DNA of 64,000 bases, from positions 1,248-65,247 of the forward strand of contig JANPHP010000485.1 of NCBI GenBank assembly GCA_031424495.1, written 5' to 3'. The notes under the pieces were generated by a model, which ran no database searches, was not told the DNA's origin, and saw nothing but the letters and a program-made list of their open reading frames with translations. Position 1 is the stretch's first letter. The number at the start of each line of letters is the position of its first letter. Shown here piece after piece: positions 44,932 through 53,623 of the stretch. The stretch is from Bacteroidota bacterium. GTDB taxonomy: Bacteria > Bacteroidota > Bacteroidia > J057 > JADKCL01. A program made the translations under genes and the position numbers.

Positions 44932-45582
44932 TTATTCGTTGGCCAAAACCATGTTTGCGATCACCGTTTGGTGGTGCGCGAAGTGGTTGAGTGTGAGCAT
45001 CAGCATCTCCCGTAGCGTCACCAAGCCGATATAGGGGAATGGCAATTGCAGATCGTCGAGTTGCGCCTCGTCATAATTGCCGATGAGCGTGATCAGTGCC
45101 TTGCATTGCCCCATCAAAACCGCCACAACTTCTTCCTGTGTCGTCTTGTCTGCGGTGGGCAATTTGTCGGGCAACCCAGGAAATTGTGAGCCTGTGAGGG
45201 CATAAAAATCTGCACCGACTTTTTCATTCGCTGCAGAATGGAGCACTGCATTCTCTTCTGCACCCGTTGTGGTCTTGGGAACAAATGCAGGCAGCGTTTT
45301 CCATCCTGTCCCGGTCGTGGCCGCCTTGTAATCGGCCCAAAAATCGGCTTGGCTGCGCGAAGCCCTGCCCGAATGACCCCAACGTTCTGCAAATGCAGCC
45401 GGCTGCTTGAGCAAATTCGTCACCGGCAACAGGGTCAGCGTGAGGTGTTGTAGGTGCTCGCAAGGCGACCAAGCCTCGGCATTTTCCCTGCGAAAAAAAT
45501 CTGAACGACCCATTTGCGCAGCATAGGTCGACATTGTTGAAAATTCAAACTCCAATTGGGTGAGCAGCAGTTGCGTTTCCAT
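44932..45582 (-). CDS. DinB-family (DinB_2-like) four-helix-bundle protein
   Basis: The ATG at 45582 gives METQLLLTQLEFEF.... The segment AEAWSPCEHLQHLTL and the C-terminal LNHFAHHQTVIANMV fit the DinB His-triad pattern. Confidence 0.6.
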   Translation of the reverse strand: METQLLLTQLEFEFSTMSTYAAQMGRSDFFRRENAEAWSPCEHLQHLTLTLLPVTNLLKQPAAFAERWGHSGRASRSQADFWADYKAATTGTGWKTLPAFVPKTTTGAEENAVLHSAANEKVGADFYALTGSQFPGLPDKLPTADKTTQEEVVAVLMGQCKALITLIGNYDEAQLDDLQLPFPYIGLVTLREMLMLTLNHFAHHQTVIANMVLANE

Positions 45583-45661
45583 CGTATTGTGTCTCAATTG
45601 TGATCAAAAACCTTGTGAATTGAAACCAAATGTAGGCCGCGCAATCTGCCGAAAAATTAAC

Positions 45662-46258
45662 CTAGGTTACATTCTGCTGAGGCTTTGCCAGTTTTTTGCG
45701 CAGGCGGCTCAGGCTTTCCCTTTCGATGCCGAGGTAGGAAGCGATATGAAACAGTGGCACCTTCTCAAACAACCATGGCCGCTTTTGCAAGAGCTTGAGG
45801 TAACGCTCCTCTGCGCTGAGAAACATGAGGTTCTCGGTGCGCTGCTCGGCCAAGACATACACCTTTTCAGCGATGATGCGTCCAAACTGTTGCCAAGCCA
45901 TCGAGCTCTTGTAGGCATTTTGTAGGGCCTCATTGGAAATGGTAATGAGCTTGCAATCCTCAAGGGCTTGGATATAATATTTGCCTTGGTTTTGGAGAAT
46001 GAAGCTTTGGTAGGAGACCACAAAATCATTTTCAAAGAAAAATTGCAGATTGATCTCCTTGCCACGATCGTTGATGTAATACATGCGCAAAACACCCTCC
46101 TCGACAAATGCCAAATCGGTGCAGACATCACCCGCTTGCACAAAAAACTCCTTGGCCTTGAGCTGCAAGGGATGTCGACTGTTGCTGAAATAGAGATCAC
46201 AATCCGGCAAGGGAATGGTGGTGATGCGTTCGACTTTTGCCCTCAACTTGGTAGCCAT
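45662..46258 (-). CDS. Crp/Fnr-family transcriptional regulator
   Basis: The cNMP-binding beta-roll reads FFVQAGDVCTDLAFVEEGVLRMYYINDRGKEINLQFFFENDFV. The C-terminal HTH reads VPLFHIASYLGIERESLSRLRKKL. Confidence 0.85.
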   Translation of the reverse strand: MATKLRAKVERITTIPLPDCDLYFSNSRHPLQLKAKEFFVQAGDVCTDLAFVEEGVLRMYYINDRGKEINLQFFFENDFVVSYQSFILQNQGKYYIQALEDCKLITISNEALQNAYKSSMAWQQFGRIIAEKVYVLAEQRTENLMFLSAEERYLKLLQKRPWLFEKVPLFHIASYLGIERESLSRLRKKLAKPQQNVT

Positions 46259-46470
46259 ATTCTGTCTCGATGATTGGGTGTGGCATCGTCCACGGTAGCG
46301 TACAAAGCCAATTTCGCAATTTTTGAGGCGAATAACAAACAGCGTTCATCGCTGTGGAACTTCTAAAGCCCCTCGTAAGCGTGTACATCAGGCAAAAAAA
46401 TGGGAGCAGGGTCTTGCTCATCGTGTTTTTTTGTTTCTTGCAGTCGATCACAGCGTAATATTGGTTGACT

Positions 46471-47604
46471 ATGGTAAAATTCAGGCCCCTCAAGGACCGC
46501 TATATCAAGAGCATCAAATCCTTGAATGCATTTTTGGAGCTGCGTGGCTCACTTGCCAATTGCACTTTGGTAGATTTGGATTTCACAGCCAATGTCGTCG
46601 ATTGGATGCAAGTGCAAATCGAACACACCACCTTTTTGGGATGTGCATTTCGCTCGGTGGACGAAATGATCTTGCGGGAGAAAGGGGCATTCATTTACCC
46701 ACGCCATCCCGATCTTGCCTACAATCCCTACCGCAAGGCGCTTTATACTTGGCAAGAATTGATGGAGGGCTTTAGCCCCGAAAATGATGGCAGCCTCGAC
46801 CTCGCGATCTTCCAGCAATTTTCAGAATGCCGCTACAATCCCAGCATCAATGAGGCGCTCAATCAACGCATCCACGACCACGCGATTGACGAGGCCCTGC
46901 GCAGCTTGCTCAAATATGACGCCGAGGGCATGACCGAGAAACGCTGCATCGGCATCATGGGCGGGCACGGCACCAAACGCAGCGACGATTGTTACCGCAA
47001 GGTCGCCCACACAGCGCTAATGCTCACGCAAGCGGGCTTTTTTGTGGCCTCAGGCGGAGGCCCAGGCATCATGGAGGCCGCAAACCTCGGTGCATGGATG
47101 GCTAATTATACTGCTGCAGATTTGAACGTTGCGATCGCCATATTGTGCCGAGCTCCACATTTCAACGACATCGGCTATTTTGATGCTGCAAAAGCTGTGC
47201 TTGCGCAATATCCAGACGGCCGGGAGAGCTTGGCGATCCCGACTTGGTATTATGGTCATGAGCCCAGCAATTTGTTTGCGACGGCCATCGCCAAATATTT
47301 CAGCAATAGCATCCGCGAGGATACACTCTTGGCTGTGAGCCTGCACGGGGTAGTTTTTGCGCCGGGAAGTGCCGGCACCACCCAAGAGATTTTTATGGAG
47401 GCCACCCAAAACCATTACGCCACCTTCAATTACTACAGTCCCATGGTCTTTTTGGGCCGCAATCGATACGAAACCGAGACGATGATCTATGCGCTGGTGC
47501 AGCAGCTTTCGGCAGGGCAACCCTACCATGAATTGTTGCACCTGGCCGACGAGGCCGAGGAAGTCTTGGACTTTTTGCTGCGGCATGGGCCCATGAAGCG
47601 GTGA
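46471..47604 (+). CDS. LOG-family (Rossmann nucleotide-binding, PpnN/YgdH-like) protein with N-terminal extension
   Basis: The core reads CIGIMGGHGTKRSD...AGFFVASGGGPGIMEAANLGAW...GVVFAPGSAGTTQEIFME, matching the GGGxGxMEA and PGGxGTxxE-like motifs. The ATG at 46471 is preferred over the TTG at 46465. Confidence 0.75.
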   Translation: MVKFRPLKDRYIKSIKSLNAFLELRGSLANCTLVDLDFTANVVDWMQVQIEHTTFLGCAFRSVDEMILREKGAFIYPRHPDLAYNPYRKALYTWQELMEGFSPENDGSLDLAIFQQFSECRYNPSINEALNQRIHDHAIDEALRSLLKYDAEGMTEKRCIGIMGGHGTKRSDDCYRKVAHTALMLTQAGFFVASGGGPGIMEAANLGAWMANYTAADLNVAIAILCRAPHFNDIGYFDAAKAVLAQYPDGRESLAIPTWYYGHEPSNLFATAIAKYFSNSIREDTLLAVSLHGVVFAPGSAGTTQEIFMEATQNHYATFNYYSPMVFLGRNRYETETMIYALVQQLSAGQPYHELLHLADEAEEVLDFLLRHGPMKR

Positions 47605-47627
47605 GGGGGGCACTAAAGAATTCCGGA

Positions 47628-49196
47628 TTATCCTTTTGCTACTTTGGTTTTCAAGAATTCCGAAATTGCGCTGGTAGCACCGTTGATTCGATCATCAACC
47701 CCTAGATATGGCAATCGCAATATGACTTCATTCATTCTGCCAAGTCTTGCAAGTGCTTTGAGATTCAAAATCAAGGAGTAATCTGTCAAATAGCTCTGTG
47801 TCCAATCAATCAAATCAAAGATGGCAACCGACGCGGCATCGTTCTTCCACCGACATTGTGTAAATCGCATGAGGCCCGAGATCGAACTATATTTGATAGG
47901 TTTCCCTTGGTTTACGAACTTCTGCAAGATCTCTTGAAATGCATCTTCCAAGCGATTTGGCTGGCCCAGTTTGGATTTTTCCCATTCCAAAAACAGACCA
48001 AGTTCCCAATCGCGAATAGGAGACAATCTCATAATCAGACTGTTCAAAGCATCATGCAAAGCAAGATTCCCATGGTGTGCCAAGGCGGGAACGAGTCGTG
48101 GCCAATAGATATCCCTTTCAGATTCAAGTTCGGTGAGCGTACATTGGAGATCCCAGCGATTGATCCAAGCAAAGACCAGGTAACGATAGGTAATTTGAAT
48201 TTTGAGATCAGCTCCATCACACTCTTGCATTGTGTCGATACGCGCGACCCATTGTAGTATATACTCCATTTCTTGTGGCGGCGCACAACTAGCATAAGTC
48301 GCCAAGGCAACAAAATTTACTGCCTTTCCCATCAGCGGAAGGTCTGTGAACCTTTCTAGGTAGTGCGCTTTGAGAAGGTGGGTATCGTTCGTTTCAATGA
48401 GCTGCTCACAGAGCGTTAGCATCAAAGAATCATACGATAGCGGCGCAGACACAATAATTCGAATAGCCAAAGGTATGTCCCTGAGCAATGCTGCAGCTCG
48501 AACGCCGAGGACTTGGAATACGTTCTCTTTTGTATCTGGATAATCTCCTACGTATGTCCCTATTAATGCCCAGAATTCAACTTCTAACCCTCGCGAAAGT
48601 AGAGCATGAACAAAGCCATGGTCATTGTAAAAATTGATATTGACAGGATCCAAGTGAGCGATGATCTGCCGAAGGCGATCGATTGAATTGCACTCGGCAA
48701 AACTTTTGATTGCATCGATTGCCTCCCAATAATTGTAGTGCCGATCCAGATCGATTTGATCGAAGTACTGATTCATTTTCTGAAAATCACCTCGATCAAA
48801 GGCCAGTTTACCCAAATCACAACAATACTGATTGCGATGTTGCGTTGCCATTTCAAATTCTCCCAAAGACATACTTACAGCGAGGGCATCTGCAAATTTT
48901 TCCTCCCATTCCAGCGCCTTTTCTGCCATTTTCTGGCGCCCAAAGGCTTTTGCGAGACTTCTTGCCAAAGGGGTCTGTTCGTATGATCCAGTGATCAATG
49001 GCCAATAACTTTCAGCCCATAAAGTGAATCCTGCATCGGCAATAGCATGGCCAATACCAGAATTTGCACGACTAACCCAGCTCTCATAACTTATGTAGCT
49101 TTCGATGGAAGCCCTTTCCTCATCATTCAATGTCAGTGTCAATTCGATCAAGGCATTCAAATCGATTCTGTCTTGTTCTGATAGAGAATTTTCCAT
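47628..49196 (-). CDS. hypothetical 522-aa cytoplasmic, predominantly helical protein (low GC)
   Basis: A long clean ORF with an ATG start, no signal peptide and no recognised motif. Three sampled 60-nt lines give 40-42% GC, against 52-55% in the neighbouring genes. Confidence 0.7.
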   Translation of the reverse strand: MENSLSEQDRIDLNALIELTLTLNDEERASIESYISYESWVSRANSGIGHAIADAGFTLWAESYWPLITGSYEQTPLARSLAKAFGRQKMAEKALEWEEKFADALAVSMSLGEFEMATQHRNQYCCDLGKLAFDRGDFQKMNQYFDQIDLDRHYNYWEAIDAIKSFAECNSIDRLRQIIAHLDPVNINFYNDHGFVHALLSRGLEVEFWALIGTYVGDYPDTKENVFQVLGVRAAALLRDIPLAIRIIVSAPLSYDSLMLTLCEQLIETNDTHLLKAHYLERFTDLPLMGKAVNFVALATYASCAPPQEMEYILQWVARIDTMQECDGADLKIQITYRYLVFAWINRWDLQCTLTELESERDIYWPRLVPALAHHGNLALHDALNSLIMRLSPIRDWELGLFLEWEKSKLGQPNRLEDAFQEILQKFVNQGKPIKYSSISGLMRFTQCRWKNDAASVAIFDLIDWTQSYLTDYSLILNLKALARLGRMNEVILRLPYLGVDDRINGATSAISEFLKTKVAKG

Positions 49197-49234
49197 GGTT
49201 CAAAATTTGTTTGTAGTTGAATCCAAAAAGTCAA

Positions 49235-49615
49235 TCATTCCTCCTCCACATCCAAATTCAGGAGGTGCAATACCCGATGAATCGCAGGTGCCAACAATAC
49301 AGCCGCTGTCGTCAAAAACGCAATTCCACTAAACAGGGCATACAGTGAGGCGAAGATCTTTGCAGCATCAGTCTGCATCGGCGTCACAGGTCCCATGCCC
49401 GTGAGGATCATGCTCGCATTGTAAAAGCCATCGATCAGGGAGACATCGCCAAAATAGCAGTAGCCTACGATTCCGATCAGCAACGAAAACGAGATAATCA
49501 CACTTGCATAAGCCAAAAAGCGCAACTGCCGATGGGCAAATTGTTTCCTGCTCAAGAGGGGCTGCCGCCTGTGCTCAAAGTTTCTCCCGATCCTAGTTTT
49601 AGGCCTTTCTTTCAT
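49235..49615 (-). CDS. 2-TM/P-loop ion-channel-like protein with degenerate selectivity filter
   Basis: TM1 is FLAYASVIISFSLLIGIVGYCYF. The pore-helix-like DGFYNASMILTGMGPVTP has TGMGP where K+ channels carry TVGYG. TM2 is IFASLYALFSGIAFLTTAAVLLAPAI. An ATGA overlap joins it to the upstream esterase gene. Confidence 0.6.
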   Translation of the reverse strand: MKERPKTRIGRNFEHRRQPLLSRKQFAHRQLRFLAYASVIISFSLLIGIVGYCYFGDVSLIDGFYNASMILTGMGPVTPMQTDAAKIFASLYALFSGIAFLTTAAVLLAPAIHRVLHLLNLDVEEE

Positions 49616-51138
49616 CGCTTCAAGATAACGATCTTATTGGTGATTCGCAGTCCGTCCATGTTCAATTGAAGGGCAAAAATGCCCGTTGCAAGGTGGTCGA
49701 CGGGGAGCGTGCGCAGGAGCAATCCATCTGTCACGCCACTCCAAGAAGCTACTCTTTTCCCTTGCATATCAATCATTTCCAATAGATAATCTCCTGCTGG
49801 AAAATTCACACCTTGCAATTGAAAATCTTGTAGGTCACCTACCGTTGCAATCCGCAATTCAGGAGTAATTCCGAGCTCAGATCCAAGCCCTACAGGCCCC
49901 ACAACGACTTGCAATAGTGCAGGATCTGCGGCCGCGTCCAGATAGCTGAATGCGCGCGCTGTAATCGTGCGCAATCCCAGCGTCTGCCATTGGATATCAA
50001 TGGTATTGGCGTTAGGATTGGCCGACACGATCGTGCCGCCATTGACGGTCCAGCACCAGTGATGACCAGCTTGAAACGGCACCGAGTAGGTCTCTATTGC
50101 ATTGGGATATGAATATCCAATTCCCGAAATCGCACCCGTCACGGGCTTCAAGAAATTCCACAAAAAATCGCGTGTATCCACCAGAATAGGATTCCAATAT
50201 TGCGTGGGGCCGCCGACAAAATTGTTGGCGACGACTGTGCCCCAGACATTGTGGCCCTCTCCCGGAAATGGAACAAATTCGCTGTAAATGCCTAGGTGCT
50301 GCAAGCGTGGATGGATCAATGATGAACCATAAACTGCGGGCAAAGTGATCAATGCGGTGAAGGGATATCCATAACCATAAGGCACCACGGGATCCAAATC
50401 CCCGTGAAATGAAATCATCGGCGTGCTTTCGCTGGGTTCGATCCATGAGGTGTCGCCGATGGCGCCCCAAGCGTTGACAAGCGCTTTGACCTTGGTGGAA
50501 TGGTTGTAAGTATTGCCACTGCAAGTCTTGCAACCCAAATCAGGCGCAATAAAAGGAAGCCCTGAAGCATAACTGCTCGCAGGGCGCTCGGCCTCGCTCA
50601 TGTATTGAGAGTGCATCGCGGAGATGCTACCCGCACTCACGCCACCCGCAAAAACCCAATTGGTATCGATGCGAAAACTATCTGCAAATTCCTTGAAATA
50701 CCGTATCGCCGCGCTCCAATCCTGCACCGCACGATAGACGGCCCGCTCCCCCGAACTGCCGTCGGCGACATTCATGCCGAGGCGATAATTGATGCTCGCG
50801 GTTACAAAGCCTTTGCGCGCAAAGGAATCGCACAGCGAACGCGCGTCTTCATCCTCCTTGGCGCCGATGAGAAATCCGCCGCCAAAGGCAAACATGATGA
50901 GCGGCCTGCGGGCGAGCGTATCGCCGAGGGGCTCGTACAAATCAAGCTTGAGGTCTTGGGTGACCGTGACATTCTCATTGACATAGACGGCCGGAATCGC
51001 TTGCGCTGTACCATAGACGATATCAGCAGTCTTCTGGACTTGGAAAATGGCTTGGCGGTAGCGCAACGTGTCACAGGTCTGCGCGTGAGCCGACATGGTG
51101 AGCAGCAGTGCGAATATGAGCAGAGATAACGTGCGCAT
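49612..51138 (-). CDS. alpha/beta-hydrolase esterase/lipase with T9SS CTD
   Basis: It has a signal peptide, an oxyanion-type FAFGGGF, the nucleophile elbow GGVSAGS (GxSxG), and later HGDLDPVVP and GEGHN. The C-terminus DYLLEMIDMQGKRVASW...ATGIFALQLNMDGLRITNKIVILKR is a CTD. Confidence 0.8.
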   Translation of the reverse strand: MRTLSLLIFALLLTMSAHAQTCDTLRYRQAIFQVQKTADIVYGTAQAIPAVYVNENVTVTQDLKLDLYEPLGDTLARRPLIMFAFGGGFLIGAKEDEDARSLCDSFARKGFVTASINYRLGMNVADGSSGERAVYRAVQDWSAAIRYFKEFADSFRIDTNWVFAGGVSAGSISAMHSQYMSEAERPASSYASGLPFIAPDLGCKTCSGNTYNHSTKVKALVNAWGAIGDTSWIEPSESTPMISFHGDLDPVVPYGYGYPFTALITLPAVYGSSLIHPRLQHLGIYSEFVPFPGEGHNVWGTVVANNFVGGPTQYWNPILVDTRDFLWNFLKPVTGAISGIGYSYPNAIETYSVPFQAGHHWCWTVNGGTIVSANPNANTIDIQWQTLGLRTITARAFSYLDAAADPALLQVVVGPVGLGSELGITPELRIATVGDLQDFQLQGVNFPAGDYLLEMIDMQGKRVASWSGVTDGLLLRTLPVDHLATGIFALQLNMDGLRITNKIVILKR

Positions 51139-51286
51139 CGATCGTGTATTTGCAGGGAAAGGTAGGAAAATTCTGGGATGGATGCTTGATTTCTGCCGAA
51201 TTGGTCAAAAGGATGCAGGTCCCGAGGGGGAGAAGCCACTTTGCAGCGGTCTTGCAAAAAAAGTCTACCCTGTGTATCTTCGCAGT

Positions 51287-52213
51287 ATGTCAAAGTACAT
51301 CAATCCATATACCGATTTTGGTTTCAAAAAACTCTTTGGAGAAGAAGCCAATAAGGATTTGTTGATAGACTTTCTCAATCAATTGCTGCCGCCGCATCAT
51401 CAGATTGCAAAGCTGCAATTCAAGAACAATGAAAAACTATCGGATCTTCCCGATCAGCGCAAGGCTTATTTTGATATCCATTGCAAGTCCAAGACCGGCG
51501 AGCAGTTCATCGTCGAGATGCAAAAAGCGAAGATGAACTTTTTCAAGGATCGATCTTTGTTCTATTCGACCTTTCCGATTCGCGACCAAGCTAAGCGCGC
51601 CAAGCATTGGGACTTCAAACTCAACGATGTCTACTTCATCGCCATTTTGGACTTTGAATACGACGAAAACGAAGAACGCCGCAAGTTTCTGCGCCATGTG
51701 CAGCTGAAAGACCAAGATGGCGACCTGTTTTACAACAAGTTGCATTTCAAATTTTTGCAAATGCCGCTGTTCAAGAAGAAAGAACATGAGTTGGAATCAC
51801 ATTTCGACAAGTGGGTCTACTTCTTGAAGAATCTGAGCAAATTCGAGCGAATTCCAGCCATTCTGAAAGAACCGATTTTTGAAAAGGCTTTTCACACAGC
51901 CGAAATGTCCAATATGACTCAAGCGCAATATGAGGCTTATGAGCGCAGTTGGCTTGACTATTCGACCATGAATGCCGTCGTCAACAGCGCAATCGACCAA
52001 GGCTTGGAGAAAGGAATTAAGCAGGGAATTGAGAAAGGGGTGGAGATTGGCCGTGAAGAAGAGAAACTCAAAAGTCAAGAAGAGGCAGAAAGAAAGGAGC
52101 GTGAACTTATCTTGCGCATGCATGCGAAAGGCCAGAGCCCTGGCGAAATCGCGGACCTTACAGGCATCGAGGTCGAAAGGATCATCGAAATCATCGCCGA
52201 CATACAGGATTGA
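51287..52213 (+). CDS. Rpn-family recombination-promoting nuclease / PD-(D/E)XK putative transposase
   Basis: The ATG at 51287 gives MSKYINPYTDFGFKKLFGEEANKDLLIDFLNQLLP. It continues YFDIHCKSKTGEQFIVEMQ (D...E.Q nuclease core) and has a repetitive EKGIKQGIEKGVEIG C-terminus typical of this family. Confidence 0.8.
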   Translation: MSKYINPYTDFGFKKLFGEEANKDLLIDFLNQLLPPHHQIAKLQFKNNEKLSDLPDQRKAYFDIHCKSKTGEQFIVEMQKAKMNFFKDRSLFYSTFPIRDQAKRAKHWDFKLNDVYFIAILDFEYDENEERRKFLRHVQLKDQDGDLFYNKLHFKFLQMPLFKKKEHELESHFDKWVYFLKNLSKFERIPAILKEPIFEKAFHTAEMSNMTQAQYEAYERSWLDYSTMNAVVNSAIDQGLEKGIKQGIEKGVEIGREEEKLKSQEEAERKERELILRMHAKGQSPGEIADLTGIEVERIIEIIADIQD

Positions 52214-52231
52214 TCGATCCCTACAATATCC

Positions 52232-53371
52232 CTAAAACACCTTCCGCACGATCCATCCCACCAAGCCTCGTTTGCCGGCCCGTCCGATCAGCCAATTGAG
52301 CAGCCATATCCTGTCGCCAACCAAGCGTTGCGCCCAGTATTTTTGGCGCAATTCTTTGCTGAGTTTCGAATGCAGTGTTTTGCTGTAGCCTTCCAGAAAA
52401 TTTGTGCTGAAATCCTTTCGTTTGAAGGCTTCTAGGACCCACTTCACGGCGATTTGCGCGCTCCACATGGCGTTGCCTAACCCCTCGCCTGTCGCAGGAT
52501 CGATCAGTGACGCGGCATCGCCACACAACACAAATCCATCTCCACTCATCTGTACCCAGCGCGAGCCGAGCGGCAGACCAAAGCCTTGTACCTTGCCGAG
52601 CATGCGTGCTTGCGCGAAGCGCTCGCGCAATGCAGGCGCTTGCGCGATGATTTCGGGGAGTGCCGTTCGCAGTGCGATTTTGCGCTGCGCAATATCCTTG
52701 CTCAGCATCCCAAAACCGACGTTGCATTCCGTTGCGCTCACTGGAAAAATCCAAAAATAGCCCGGCAGACTATCCTTCAACAAATGGATCTCCATCGTGT
52801 CGGGTTGCAAGTCGGCAACATCGGCAAAATAGGCCCGCACTGCCGCGCAATGGTGCTGCGGATCCATCTCAAAACCAGCCAATTGGCGTGCCGTGACGCC
52901 ATTGGCGCCGTCGCAACCGATGATGAAGCGCGCGCTCAGCATTTGCTTCGCCGTCTTGATTTCCCATCGATCACCATCACGCACAATCGCCTCAACCGTG
53001 GTCGCCGCCAAGAAATCTATCCTCCCATCCGCCAAAGCCTCTTCCAACAGAAACGCATCAAAATCCATCCGCCGCGCGCAATATCCCGATGTCGTAAAAG
53101 TATAAGTGAATGGTCTCCCATCAGGCGCTACGACTTTGCAAGCGCGAATCGTGGTCTTCTTGGGCCAAGCTGCCAAAGTTTGCACAGACGAGGGCGAAAG
53201 CTCGCGCAGCACGCGCACCGCACGGGCAGGAATGGCATCCCCGCAAACCTTATCTCGTGGAAAAACGGCTTTGTCCAACATGACCACACGCAAGCCCGCC
53301 CCACGCAAGGCAAGTGCGCAGGTCGCGCCCGCAGGGCCGGCGCCGATGATGGCGATGTCGTAGGAGACCAC
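52232..53371 (-). CDS. geranylgeranyl reductase-family FAD-dependent oxidoreductase
   Basis: The GTG start gives (M)VSYDIAIIGAGPAGATCALALRGAGLRVVMLDKAVFPRDKVCGDAIP. Later motifs are GCDGANG and LCGDAASLIDPATGEGLGNA. Confidence 0.85.
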   Translation of the reverse strand: MVSYDIAIIGAGPAGATCALALRGAGLRVVMLDKAVFPRDKVCGDAIPARAVRVLRELSPSSVQTLAAWPKKTTIRACKVVAPDGRPFTYTFTTSGYCARRMDFDAFLLEEALADGRIDFLAATTVEAIVRDGDRWEIKTAKQMLSARFIIGCDGANGVTARQLAGFEMDPQHHCAAVRAYFADVADLQPDTMEIHLLKDSLPGYFWIFPVSATECNVGFGMLSKDIAQRKIALRTALPEIIAQAPALRERFAQARMLGKVQGFGLPLGSRWVQMSGDGFVLCGDAASLIDPATGEGLGNAMWSAQIAVKWVLEAFKRKDFSTNFLEGYSKTLHSKLSKELRQKYWAQRLVGDRIWLLNWLIGRAGKRGLVGWIVRKVF

Positions 53372-53424
53372 GGTGCAAGATAGGAGCAGAATTTACAGAA
53401 TTTGTAGAATCATGGGGGACGGTT

Positions 53425-53547
53425 GAATTATTTGCTTTCAGGGTGGGGGTTAGATCTGATTGGGCGAATCATTTGCTTTCTGGTTGGGGATTCGATCAGG
53501 GGCAATGAATGATGTTCTTTCGCGTGGTTTGATTTGATTTCGTGGAA
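53425..53547. repeat. 3 x 41-bp imperfect tandem repeat in a divergent promoter region
   Basis: Units start at 53425, 53466 and 53507 and share the core gaatNatttgctttcNggNtgggg.tt.gatc. By my count units 1 and 2 share 27 of their first 32 nt. Unit 3 is more diverged, matching unit 2 at 14 of the first 19 nt. Confidence 0.6.
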
Positions 53548-53623
53548 AGAGTGGGACTCCGAGAGCTCGTTCGAAATCAGGAATAGCGATTTGAAGTTCC
53601 TTGTTCATTTCGTAAATTTCGGG

